From the NCBI GenBank assembly GCA_964016885.1, contig CAXHJY010000249.1:1-64000 (forward strand): 64,000 bases of DNA, in the 5' to 3' direction. Both the position numbers and the translations under genes were made by a program. Of the stretch, positions 1-13,070 are shown in pieces (the first letter of the stretch is position 1; the number at the start of each line of letters is the position of its first letter). The stretch comes from Eledone cirrhosa. Its lineage: Eukaryota. Under the pieces are notes generated by a model that had not been told where the DNA came from, searched no databases, and saw nothing but the letters and a program-made list of their open reading frames with translations.

Positions 1-190
1 GTATGTATATATTGTATATATATATATATGTATGTATATATGTGTATGTATATATATATATGTGTATATATATATATGTGTATGTATATATATGTGTATG
101 TATATATATGTATATATATATGTATATATATATGTATATGTATATATATATATATGTATATATATATGTATATATATATGTATGTATATA

Positions 191-221
<31 letters not shown>

Positions 222-227
222 GTATGG

Positions 228-258
<31 letters not shown>

Positions 259-329
259 ATATATATGTATGTATATATATATGTATATATATATATGTAT
301 GTATATATATATGTGTATATATATTATGT

Positions 330-370
<41 letters not shown>

Positions 371-591
371 TATGTATATATATATGTATATATATATGTA
401 TATATATGTATATATATGTATATATATATGTATATATATGTATATATATGTGTATATATATATGTATATATATGTATATATATATGTGTATATATATTAT
501 GTATATATATATGTATGTATATATATGTATATATATATGTATATTATATATATGTATATATATATGTATGTATATATATTGTATGTATATG

Positions 592-631
<40 letters not shown>

Positions 632-1081
632 TTATATGTATGTATGTATATATATATATATATATATGTATGTATATATATATGTATGTATATATATATG
701 TATATATATATATGTATATATATATATATGTATATATATATGTATGTATATATATATATGTATATATATATGTATGTATATATATATATATGTATATATA
801 TATGTATGTATATATATATGTATGTATATATATATATATGTATATATATATGTATGTATATATATATGTATGTATATATATATGTATGTATATATATATG
901 TATGTATATATATATGTATGTATATATATATGTATGTATATATATATGTATGTATATAATATATGTATGTATATATATATATATGTATATATATATGTAT
1001 GTATATATGTATATATATGTATATATATATATGTATATATATATGTATGTATATATATATATATGTATATATATATGTATG

Positions 1082-1112
<31 letters not shown>

Positions 1113-1516
1113 GTATATATATATGTATATATATGTATATATATATATATGTATATATATGTATATATATATGTATATATATATGTATATATATATGTAT
1201 ATATATATATATGTATATATATATGTATATATATATATATGTATATATATATGTATATATATATATATGTATATATATATGTATATATATATATATGTAT
1301 GTATATATATATATATGTATATATATATGTATATATATATATATGTATATATATGTATATATATATGTATATATATATATATGTATGTATATATATATGT
1401 ATATATATATATATATATGTATGTATATATATGTATATATATGTATATATATATATATGTATGTATATATATGTATATATATATATGTATATATATATAT
1501 GTATGTATATATATGT

Positions 1517-1584
<68 letters not shown>

Positions 1585-1677
1585 GTATATATATATATAT
1601 ATGTATATATATGTATATATATATATATATGTATATATATGTATGTATGTATATATATGTATGTATGTATATATATG

Positions 1678-1714
<37 letters not shown>

Positions 1715-1845
1715 GTATATATATATATGTATGTATATATATATATATATATGTATGTATATATATATATATATATGTATATGTATGTATATATATATAT
1801 ATATATGTATATATATGTATATATATATATATATGTATATATATG

Positions 1846-1882
<37 letters not shown>

Positions 1883-1907
1883 GTATATATATGTATATAT
1901 ATGTATA

Positions 1908-1980
<73 letters not shown>

Positions 1981-2139
1981 GTATATGTATGTATATATAT
2001 ATATATATATGTATATATATGTATGTATATATATATATGTATATATATGTATATATATATATATATGTATATATATATGTATATATATGTATATATATGT
2101 ATATATATATATATATGTATATATATGTATATATATGTA

Positions 2140-2194
<55 letters not shown>

Positions 2195-2215
2195 GTATAT
2201 ATATGTATATATATG

Positions 2216-2292
<77 letters not shown>

Positions 2293-2303
2293 GTATATGT
2301 ATG

Positions 2304-2338
<35 letters not shown>

Positions 2339-2420
2339 GTATATGTATGTATATATATATATATGTATGTATATATATGTATATATATGTATATATATAT
2401 ATATATGTATGTATGTATAT

Positions 2421-2454
<34 letters not shown>

Positions 2455-2611
2455 GTATGTATGTATATATATATATATATGTATGTATGTATATATATGT
2501 ATGTATGTATGTATATATATATATATATATGTATGTATATATATGTATATATATATATATGTATGTATATTATATGTATATATATATATGTATGTATATA
2601 TACGTATATAT

Positions 2612-2651
<40 letters not shown>

Positions 2652-2766
2652 GTATATATATATATGTATGTATATATACGTATATATATATATATATATA
2701 TGTATGTATATATATGTATATATATATATATATGTATGTATATATATATGTATGTATATATATATG

Positions 2767-2799
<33 letters not shown>

Positions 2800-2824
2800 G
2801 TATATATATATGTATGTATGTATG

Positions 2825-2855
<31 letters not shown>

Positions 2856-2880
2856 ATATGTATATATGTATGTATGTATG

Positions 2881-2911
<31 letters not shown>

Positions 2912-2956
2912 ATATGTATATATGTATGTATATATATATGTATGTATGTATGTATG

Positions 2957-2990
<34 letters not shown>

Positions 2991-3040
2991 TGTATGTATG
3001 TATGTATGTATGTATGTATGTATGTATATATATATGTATG

Positions 3041-3087
<47 letters not shown>

Positions 3088-3262
3088 GTATGTATGTATA
3101 TATATGTATGTATGTATGTATATGTATGTATGTATGTATATATATGTATGTATGTATATATATGTATGTATGTATATATATGTATGTATGTATATGTATG
3201 TATGTATGTATATGTATGTATGTATGTATATGTATGTATGTATGTATATGTATGTATGTATG

Positions 3263-3294
<32 letters not shown>

Positions 3295-3417
3295 TGTATG
3301 TATGTGTATATATGTATGTGTATATATGTATGTGTATATATATATGTGTATATATATATGTATATATATATATGTATATATATATATGTATATATATATA
3401 TGTATATATATATATGT

Positions 3418-3472
<55 letters not shown>

Positions 3473-3786
3473 TGTGTATATATATGTGTATATATATATG
3501 TATATATATATGTGTATATATATATGTGTATATATATATGTGTATATATAGATGTATATATATATGTGTGTATATATATATGTATATATATATATGTATA
3601 TATATATGTGTATATATATATGTGTATATATAGATGTATATATATAGATGTATATATATATATGTATATATATAGATGTATATATATAGATGTATATATA
3701 TATGTGTATATATATATGTGTATATATAGATGTATATATATATATGTATATATATATATGTATATATATATGTGTATATATATGTG

Positions 3787-3817
<31 letters not shown>

Positions 3818-4000
3818 GTATATATATGTGTATATATATGTGTATATATATGTGTATATATATGTGTATATATATATGTATATATATATGTGTGTATATA
3901 TATGTGTGTATATATATGTGTGTATATATGTATGTATGTATATATGTATATGTATGTATGTATATATATGTATGTATGTATGTGTATGTATGTATGTATG

Positions 4001-4029
<29 letters not shown>
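1..4029. repeat. Very long compound (TA)n/(TATG)n/(TG) microsatellite
   Basis: About 4 kb of near-strict purine/pyrimidine alternation with almost no C on the + strand. It accounts for all the long Y/I/M/C/V 'ORFs'. Confidence 0.97.
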
Positions 4030-4031
<2 letters not shown>

Positions 4032-4167
4032 CAACATGACAAAGACTAAGGTCCTTGTAAGTAGACAAGAAGACAGAACCCAGATCCCCTCAGGGAAATG
4101 GCCTTGCTCAGTATGTAGGAAAGGTGTAGGTAGGAACTCCATTCTCTGCCCCAAATGCAAACAATGG
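4030..4167 (+). mobile_element. Short RTE-clade LINE fragment (thumb region with Cys-rich insert)
   Basis: Encodes [46 protein letters not shown]. Near-identical to the starts of the copies at 10165 and 11322. Confidence 0.85.
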
Positions 4168-4641
4168 ATGTATATATATGTATGTATATGTATGTGATGT
4201 ATATGTATATCTATGTATATATATGTATATGTATGTATGTATGTATATGTATGTATGTATGTATGTATGTATTTATGTATATGTATGTATGTATATGTAT
4301 GTATGTATGTGTGTATATGTATGTATGTATGTGTATGTATGTATGTATGTATATGTATTTATGTATGTATATGTATTTATGTATGTATATGTATGTATGT
4401 ATGTATATGTATGTATGTATGTATGTATGTGTATGTATGTGTATATATTTATGTATGTATATTTATGTATGTATGTATATTTATGTATATATGTATGTAT
4501 ATATGTATGTATATATATATATGTATGTGTATGTATGTATGTATGTATGTATGTATGTATGTATATATGTATGTATGTATGTATGTATATATGTGTGTAT
4601 ATATATGTATATATATATGTTTGTATATATATGTGTATATG

Positions 4642-4647
<6 letters not shown>
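4168..4647. repeat. (TATG)n-rich microsatellite
   Basis: Degenerate TATG/TA repeat between the RTE fragment and the CR1 tail. Confidence 0.95.
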
Positions 4648-4672
<25 letters not shown>

Positions 4673-4767
4673 GAAATTATTGTGTAAAGTGCTCAGGTGC
4701 ACTACAACTCGTCAATATAGTACATAGAATAATACACAAATGCCAGGGAAGTACATGTTTGTATGTG

Positions 4768-7605
4768 TTAGCTGTAGTGTTGGCGGATCTCGGGAAGCAT
4801 GGAGGCCTTAAAGGATGCAGCGTCTCGACAGCTAACAACTGATGCAGGTAGTTTGTTCCATGCTTCAGCAACTCTGAGCGTGAAAAAATGTTTCCGAAAG
4901 TCATGGGAACTGTGCTGTTTTCTTACTTTGTGGGCATGTCCACGTGTGTTAGACACATGGAAATCGAAAAGGCACTCAGGGTTGTTGTTGGCAACATGGT
5001 TAACAATTTTGTGGGTGTTTACCAAGTCAGTTGCCAGGCGTCGGAGCTTCAATGAATCCATGCCCAGGGAAGCAAGGCGATCAGAGTATGGTAGATGCCT
5101 GATGGAGGGTATTCGCTTGGTTGCACGTCTCTGAACAGTTTCCAGGCGGTCAATGTCCTGAGCAAGATAGGGGTTCCAGACTGGTGATGCAAATTCTAAG
5201 TGTGGTCGCACCATAGCTGTATACAGCCTTAAATAGATATCTGGAGAGCGGCTGACAAAGGTCTTGCTGAGTGATGCTAAGACACCCTCGGCCCTCTTGA
5301 CAATTTTAGAGACGTGCCTCGTCCAACGCAAATCGCTGCTGACCGTAATGCCCAGGTCACGTTCACAGGAAGACTTCTTGATATTAGTGCTGTGGAGGGA
5401 ATATGTGGACGCTGGGTTTTTACTCCCAAAATGCATGGTGGTGCACTTGTCCACAGCTAGCTTGAGTTGCCAGTCTGAGATCCACTGTTGCATTGTGTCC
5501 AGGTCAGACTGCAAGCAAGATCTATAGTGTTCAGGATCTGTCCTTTTTATCTCAAGGTACAGCTTGATGTCGTCTGCGTACTTTAGTACTGTGGCATTCC
5601 TTAAGTTGGCATCTATGTCATTAATATATGCCACAAACAAAAGGGGGCCAAGAACAGATCCCTGAGGTACACCAGATGACATCTCATATGGTGAGGAATG
5701 CTGTCCCAGAACCGTGACTACCTCTCTTCGACTGAGAATGAAGGACTTCAACCAGTTAAAAAGATCATCCTTCACACCCATTGCAGAGAGTTTTGCCATA
5801 AGCCTTTTGTGCGGCACAGAATTGAAGGCCTTCGCAAAGTCAAGGTAAACAACATCCACCCATGAGCCGCCATCAGTGATCCGGGTGATGTCCTCAAGAA
5901 ACTCTATAAGTTGATCACAGCAGCTGGAGTTGGGGATAAATCCAAATTGCGAAAGCCGGATAAGACTGTGAGAGCTCCAGAAGTTTCAAAGTGTTTCTCT
6001 GACACAGGATTCCATCAGTTTGGCGATGCAACTAGTAAGACTGACTGGACGATAGTTCACAGGTGATGTGCGGTCACCCTTTTTGAACAGAGGAATTACA
6101 CTGGCAGTTTTCCACTGTTCTGGAGTAGCACTGTTGTTCAGACAGAATTGGAAGAAGCGTGATAACTGGTGTAGAAGGAAGTACCCACCACGTTTAAGAA
6201 GCAGGTACGTAACACCATCAAGACCAGGAGAGGCTTGGTTGCGTTTATTTTTTAGGTGACGTCACAGCATTGCAGGTGTAAATTCCATGGTTGTAATAGA
6301 GTCCGGTGTCATAGGTGGTGGAGATGGTACACTCTGGTCTTCAATGGTGAAAATGCCTGCATAGCATTCAGCAATGAGCTCTGCGCATTCCTTGGGGTCG
6401 TCAGTAACCTGGCTTGTGTGGGGATTGCGAAGAGGACCAACTGGAGAGTGAGGCCTCTGCTTTGAGTGAACATACTTCCAGAACACCTTACTGTCAGGGC
6501 TGGTTGCTATGCGCTGCTCAAATTGAAGCACTGCCTTTTTTGTCACCTGTTTGAGGTGGTTGGACGATCTATTTCGCCTCTTCCTATTAATGTCTGATTT
6601 GTGAAGTTTGTACTCACGTTCAGCATTGCGCCGTTCTTTTCTGGCAAGACGGACTGCTGCAGTCTCCCAAATTGCGCTTTTAGGATGTTTTTTCCGCTTA
6701 CGTGGCACCGATGCTGCACATGCTGTCCATATTGAGCTCAGGATGTTCTGGAGTACAGTGTTGACATCTCCAGAGTCATAGAACTCAAGCCAGTTTGGCC
6801 GTTGCAACTCGGTGCAGTAACAGTTCCAGTCTGCTCTATTCCAGTCAAAGTGAGCAGTTTGGAGATGGTTGTGGTTCTTGTTACTGCCCATGAGGGATAG
6901 ATTGGCAATGATCATAGCATGATCAGAGTCACCTAAAGGTTCCTCAGCAGTAACACTAATGACCGTTTCAGGAGTAGTGGTGAAGAGTAGGTCCAAAGTG
7001 TTGTCACCTCTCGTTGGGGAGGTGACCACCTGGGACCAACTCGAGTCCAGCACCAGCTCAAGGAAGTCATTTGCACTTGGCGGCCAACGAAAGGTCTCCC
7101 AGTCAATCTCAGGGTGATTGAAGTCACCTGCAATGAAAACATAAGTGGCTGTCTTCCTGGCAGCAGCTCTGAGGATATCACAAAGTTGAGTGTCCTGATG
7201 GTAATTTGGGGGACGGTAAACGACTCCAAGTAGCAGTGTTGACATGGTCATACGTATATCGCAGAAAAAAACTTCCTGCTGTGATTGGTTCAAATCAGCA
7301 CAAGGAATTGCCGACAGATTTGACCGAACGTAGACCATTACACCACCACCACGACGATTAATACGGTCTTTACGAAACAGGTTGTAGCCAGTCATGCTGA
7401 AAACCCCATCACAGAGTAAGGGATGTGCCCAAGTTTCCGTGACTGTAATGAAGTCCGGGTTGATACTTTTGACGTAGGAGTCAAAAAGATGAATCTTATT
7501 GCATAGACTACGTGCATTCAAGGACAACAGTTTGTACTTTGATTCCAGTCTATGATTATGTGCAGGGGATGGCAGGTTGTTCTGATTTAGTTTCCCAGAG
7601 TTTTT
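4768..7605 (-). pseudogene. CR1 ORF2 (AP endonuclease + reverse transcriptase), one frame with two premature TGA stops
   Basis: EN motifs SLNARS, ITVTETW, GDFNHP, LDLLF, GDSDH. RT motifs WKTASVIPLFKKG, NYRPVSLTS, YLDFAKAF, GVPQGSVLGPLLF, YADD. In-frame TGA at 6262-6264 and 5986-5988 link the 421-aa and 363-aa ORFs. Confidence 0.92.
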
Positions 7606-8816
7606 TCAGTTTCTTTATTGTCAGTTGTTGTGGGTACACTGTTTTCAGACCAGCTGGTGTCTCTTTTCCATGATTCGCCAGCCTTAACAAACCTCCATAT
7701 CTGCCCATCATCTCGTAGGCTGAAGCTTTCATGTTCTGCCGAGCTGCGGTTTAGGGAAGCTGCAGCACGCAACTTTGGGCGGACATCAGGTGGAAGACCA
7801 GGACGTGTTCGGAAAGCAATCCGACTTTCACGCCTAGCTTTATCAGAGGCTACAAGGTATGAACGTGCCTCAGCCGAGTTTGAAAACGACAGTCTAATTA
7901 ACCTGGGTTTCGGGCCTGGTCGGCCAAGGCGTAGAGCACCCTTTGCGGGAGCACAGCCCAGGTCTTTGGATGAACTGGTAGCAAATGCCTGAAGATCAAC
8001 TATGTCTTCCGGCACACCAATGGCAATCACTTCGTGGTTTGCAGATTCAGTGGCATTCTCAATGCGTCTAGGTTCAACATGAGGTACGCGGAGATTTTTT
8101 AACAAGGCACTCCGGTAAGATCCCTCATTGTGGGGTTCTACACGAACGCTTGATTTTATTTCCGCTATTTCTTGACTTAAAGCGGAAATCATTTGCCGTA
8201 TTTCCTCAAACTCCGTATTGACGGTCGGTTTTTGTTGTTGTTCTCCTTCAACAGGCACGGTAGAAGACACAGTCGTCGGTTGTTGTTGTTGAAAAGTAAC
8301 GGGTGAGGAAGACATGGGTTGCTGTTGTTGATGAAGTCCTTCAACGGGGGTAGTAGCAGAAGCTACGGTCGTTGGTTTTTGCTGTTGTTCAGCGACAATG
8401 GTAGAGGAAGACACGATCCTCGGTTTTTGTTGTTGTTGTTGTTCAGGAACAATGGTAGAAGACACGATCTTCGGTCTTTGTTGTTGTTCCGCAGTAATGG
8501 GAGAAGCAGGCATACAGTCCAGGCACTGAAAGGACCAGTTTGTTAGCTGGACCATCTCCCAGAGTCTATCCATCGTAGCAATGTGATGTTTCTTATTTTG
8601 GCCTGGGATCTTCCGGAAGCCTGTGGCGCATTGAAGGCAGACAGAGATGCGACAGGTTCCACATTCGACCCAACGATTACGGAACGAGTTTTCGGGTTCC
8701 GTACAGATATGGCAGGTGTGATCTTCCGGGCAATGTTCTATTTTTGGACATCGACCAGTTTTGTCGCAAATTTCATCGATGGATATCACCATGGCAATTT
8801 TGTTATTTCTACCCAT
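7587..8816 (-). CDS. CR1 ORF1 protein (PHD-like zinc finger, Gln-rich repeats, coiled coil)
   Basis: Open frame containing CHIC...ECGTC..VCLQC...FQCLDC, repeated QQQKPxxVSST units, and ending LGN*. The start at ATG 8816 (MGRNNK) is inferred; the frame is open to 8948. Confidence 0.8.
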   Translation of the reverse strand: MGRNNKIAMVISIDEICDKTGRCPKIEHCPEDHTCHICTEPENSFRNRWVECGTCRISVCLQCATGFRKIPGQNKKHHIATMDRLWEMVQLTNWSFQCLDCMPASPITAEQQQRPKIVSSTIVPEQQQQQKPRIVSSSTIVAEQQQKPTTVASATTPVEGLHQQQQPMSSSPVTFQQQQPTTVSSTVPVEGEQQQKPTVNTEFEEIRQMISALSQEIAEIKSSVRVEPHNEGSYRSALLKNLRVPHVEPRRIENATESANHEVIAIGVPEDIVDLQAFATSSSKDLGCAPAKGALRLGRPGPKPRLIRLSFSNSAEARSYLVASDKARRESRIAFRTRPGLPPDVRPKLRAAASLNRSSAEHESFSLRDDGQIWRFVKAGESWKRDTSWSENSVPTTTDNKETEKTLGN

Positions 8817-9620
8817 CCGTAGAAAAACACAGAATGTAAACAATATAGGTTTAGCGCACTTGATTACGATAGAAATAAAATGTGTTTTATTTGTGTATTT
8901 TGTTTCCGTTTTCCTAAATGTTGTGTGTGTGTAGAAGAGTCTGTGCATGTAAACAAATAAATATGCTGCGAAAGTTAAATGAAACGTATTGTAGAAGGCA
9001 GTTGTTTATTAACAGCGAATAACGTTTTTTTTTTTTTTTTTTTTCCCCTGATACTGCTTCTTTATAGTAAACTTTCAATAATATTTTTTTTTTCAAATTA
9101 TTAACTTTCAGCTGCTAGTATATATATATAATTAAAAGGTGTGTGTGGGTTAGAAGCGAGGTCAATGTTAAGAAATATTTTACCAATGTAAATTGGTAAA
9201 ATTGGCCGGTATAGTGTCTCACACGCAATAGTGTGGTTTCTTTTCACGTGTGTGTATATGCATATGGTATGTATCTGTATATAAATCTGTGTGTATATTG
9301 TTGTTTATATGTTTTGTGGAGTACTTACTGCGATCCTTAAGGGACGTAGTGATTTGTTTTGTTTTTTTTCCTTTTTTCCCCGTCCATGTCCACACGTGGT
9401 TCGTTGGCGAAAATCAAGTGAAATTATATATACTTCGTTAAGATAATTCTATCTTGAAACTGGTACTAGTTGTCAGGGAACAGTGAAAGTAATTGTAATA
9501 ATGAATATTGTAATCCATCTGACATGTGTTTAAAGGGCAGTTTTTGGTGAAAATATTATATTTTGTTTGGTCAAGACGTGGTCAAGCGACCTTCCTTGTC
9601 GCCATTTCCTATTGTATGTG

Positions 9621-9652
<32 letters not shown>

Positions 9653-9693
9653 TGTATGTATGTATGTATGTATGTATGTATGTATGTATGTAT

Positions 9694-10036
9694 GTTTTCT
9701 CTTTCTCTTAATTTCGAGTATATTTTTTTGACCGGCCACCTTCCTGGTGGCAAGGTTGTAAAAGAAAAGAAATTGTCATCCCTTGAATCGCAAGAATGTT
9801 TTGCAAATTTTGAAGGTGCCAGCTATCGCAGCCATTTATAGACTATGAATTAGGGAGCTGCGCTTTTTGTTCGCAAATCCAAGTTCAGTCATACTTTGGT
9901 CCAAGCGGTTTGGTATATAACCCGTAGCACCAATAATGATGGGTATGAAGCTAAAGGTGTATCTTGGATACTGGATTTGTAAACTCCTCATCAATGGTCC
10001 GTAGATGTCCTCCTTCTCCTGTATTTTTCTGACAAT
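9694..10036 (-). mobile_element. 3' fragment of an R4/Dong-like (REL endonuclease) non-LTR element
   Basis: Reads KIQEKEDIYGPLMRSLQIQYP..FIPIIIGATGYIP..L*MAAIAGTFKICKTFL, which matches the C-terminal EK..KY..IPVVIGALG..LQKAALLGT pattern of R4-clade proteins. Flanked by (CATA)n on both sides. Confidence 0.75.
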
Positions 10037-10043
10037 GTATGTA

Positions 10044-10074
<31 letters not shown>

Positions 10075-10164
10075 ATGTATGTATGTATGTATGCATGTGT
10101 ATGTATGTATGTATATGTATGTATATGTATGTATGTATGTATATATATATGTATGTATATATAT

Positions 10165-11215
10165 ATCAACATGACAAAGACTAAGGTCCTTGTAAGTAGA
10201 CAAGAAAACAGAACCCAGATATCCTCAGGGAAATGGCTTTGCTCAGTATGTAGGAAAGGTGTAGGTCGGAACTCCATTCTCTGCCCCAAATGCAAACAAT
10301 GGGTACACAAGAGATGTAGCGGGATCTCAGGAAGCTTAATTAAGAATGTAGGCTTCATATGCAGCAGCTGTGCTGGGGCAGCAAACAGCCACAGGAAACA
10401 AGAACCACCAATCTCTGGGAGGGCTCTGTAGAAACAGTAGACAGCTTCTGACCGAATTAGCAGCGGAGGTGGGTGTTCAGAAAGTACAATAACTAGGGTA
10501 AGAACGGGATGGAAGAAGTTTAGGGAACTACTACCACTGCTAGCTGCAAAAGGCTTCTCCCTCAAAATGAAAGGCAGACTGTATGATGCGTGTATCCGAA
10601 CAGCGATGTTGCATGGTAGTGAGACCTGGGCGCTGAAGGTGGAAGATTTACGGAGATTAGAGAGAAACAAAGCCTGCATACTCCGATGGATGTGTAATAG
10701 TAATATACGCAAACGACAAAGCATAAATAAATTGAGAGAGAGACTGAGCATAAGAGGAATCTAAGGCGGTTGCGTTGGTATGGACATGTGATGCCTATGA
10801 AGGATGACAGCTGCATAAAGAGGTGCAGAGCACTAGAAGTCGATGGAAACCGCGGAGTGGGGAGACCCAAGATGACCTGGGATGAGGTGATAAAAGCCGA
10901 CCTTACCAAATTACACCTCTCAAAGGCGATGTCACACGACCATGACCTCTGGCGTCACGTAGTAATACAGAGTACCCGACCTCCCATGGGTACAAGCTGA
11001 AGCATAAAGACAGTAGGCGCCACGAAAAAGCACCCAGCACTCACTGTAAATGAGGTTGGTGTGAGGAAGGGCATCCAGCTGTAGAAATCAAGCCAAATCG
11101 GTTCCTGTATGAGCAAGGCATGGTCCGCCGACCAGACACTGCCCACAACAGGACAACCCGTCTAACCCATGCTAGCGTGGAAGAACGGACGTAAAACGAT
11201 GATGATAATGATGAT
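10165..11215 (+). mobile_element. 5'-truncated RTE-clade LINE with (GAT)n tail
   Basis: Contains KGRLYDACIRTAMLHGSETW, RWYGHV and GRPKMTW with small deletions. Ends cccatgctagcgtggaagaacggacgtaaaacgatgat. Confidence 0.9.
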
Positions 11216-11242
11216 ATATATATATATATATACGCACATACG

Positions 11243-11321
<79 letters not shown>

Positions 11322-11324
<3 letters not shown>

Positions 11325-12421
11325 TCCCCCTCAGGGAAATGGCCTTGCTCAGTATGTAGGAAAGGTGTAGGTAGGAACTCCATTCTTTGCCCCAAATGCA
11401 AACAATGGGTACACAAGAGATGTAGCGGGATCTCAGGAAGCTTAATTAAGAATGTAGGATTCACATGCAGCAGCTGTGCTGAAACAGCAAGCAAACAGCC
11501 ACAGGAAACAAGTACCACCAATCTCTGGGAGGGCCCTGTAGAAACAGTAGACAGCTTCTGCTACCTAGGTGACCGAATTAGCAACGGAGGTGGGTGCTCA
11601 GAAAGTACAATAACTAGGGTAAGAACGGGATGGAAGAAGTTTAGGGAACTACTACCACTGCTAGCTGCAAAAGGCTTCTCCCTCAGAATGAAAGGCAGAC
11701 TGTATGATGCGTGTATCCGAACAGCGATGTTGCATGGTAGTGAGACCTGGGCGCTGAAGGTGGAAGACTTACGTAGATTAGAGAGAAACGAAGCCTGCAT
11801 GCTCCGATGGATGTGTAACAGTAATATACGTGAACGACAAAGCATAAATGAATTGAGAGAGAGACTGAGCATAAGAGGAATCAAATGCTGCGTGCAGGAG
11901 AGGCGGTTACGCTGGTATGGACATGTGATGCGTATGAAGGATGACAGCTGCATAAAAAGGTGCAGAGCACTAGAAGTTGATGGAAACCGCGGAGTGGGGA
12001 GACCCAAGATGACTTGGGATGAGGTGATAAAAGCCGACCTTACCCAACTACACCTCTCAAAGTCAATGACACACGACCGTGACTTCTGGCGTCACGCAGT
12101 AATACAGGGTACCCGACCTCCCATGGGTACATGCTGAAGCATATAAACAATATGCCCCCCCCCCCCCCCACCGCAAGGTGGTCGTGGAGGTGCCACGGCA
12201 AAAAAGCACCCAGCCCACACTGTAAAGTGGACGTGTAGGCGCCACGAAAAAGCACCCAGCACTCACTGTAAATGAGGTTGGTGTTAGGAAGGGCATCCAG
12301 CTGTAGAAATCAAGCCAGATCAGTTCCTGTATGAGCAAGGCATGGTCAGCCGACCAGACACTGCCCACAACAGGACAACCCGTCTAACCCATGCTAGCGT
12401 GGAAGAACGGACGTAAAACGG

Positions 12422-12452
<31 letters not shown>
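11322..12452 (+). mobile_element. 5'-truncated RTE-clade LINE, uninterrupted C-terminal ORF, (GAT)n tail
   Basis: About 270 codons open to 12137 (VDSFCYLGD, RVRTGWKKF, GSETW, RRLRWYGHVMR), followed by a 3'UTR and (GAT)n. Confidence 0.92.
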
Positions 12453-12734
12453 ATCTTCAGTGCTTCAAAAAGCTGAAAATTTAGTAATGTACATTATATG
12501 GTTATATAATTAGTTGATTTATATATACTGCTTGCTTAAAAGTTCTTTAGTGTTGAAGCTAAGCCTTTTTGTTGTGGATTGGTTGTTGAGATTAAGTTTC
12601 AATTGAATTCATTTATTTTGACTGCAAAATTACAATGTATAAATATGGTTGAGGTTCTGTGTCAAAGGCCAGTAGAAAAGTTTAGTTTTTACTAATAAGC
12701 AGACTGATTATTCCAAAGAGAGGAAAGTTGATGG

Positions 12735-13070
12735 AGTATGGAGAAATGATTAAGAAATACACTTTGCAATCACGAGGTACCAGGGTCGGTCGTTCTCACT
12801 GCATTTTGGGCAAGTGTCTTTTACCATAGCCTCAGCTAGCCTTGTGAGTGAAATTGGATTGACCAAAACTATTTGAAAACCTGTTGGATGGACTATATCT
12901 GTCATGCAAAGGGACAACAAAGTCACATGTTGTGTCATTGAATTTTTCTGAGAATTATGTTAAGGGAACATGTCTCTGGAATACTTAGCTATTTACATAT
13001 TAATTTAACAAGTAGCCATTCCATTGGTTCAACAACTGGAACATTTATCATTGAAACTGACAGGTTCATT
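12735..13070 (+). mobile_element. tRNA-derived SINE (CORE-like), degenerate
   Basis: tRNA-like head and a ttgggcaagtgtctt core. Similar to 15020-15361. Confidence 0.55.

Larger units (their letters stand above)
4648..9613 (-). mobile_element. Apparently full-length (~5 kb) CR1-clade non-LTR retrotransposon
   Basis: Has ORF1, an APE-RT ORF2, a short 3'UTR and an (ATT)n tail at ~4648-4672. The 5' end starts AATAGGAAATGGCG (YY1-like motif). Possible low-complexity TSD tatgtgtatatgtat at 4630-4644 and 9615-9629. Confidence 0.9.

Noticed and set aside
3-4727. ORFs of up to 1335 aa made of Y/I/M/C/V/H/T
   Set aside because: Alternating purine/pyrimidine repeats cannot form stop codons, so these are microsatellite artefacts.
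11169-12137. 322-aa ORF as a host PHD-finger gene
   Set aside because: The frame runs from an RTE tail through (TA)n into a truncated RTE; all motifs belong to the RTE C-terminus.
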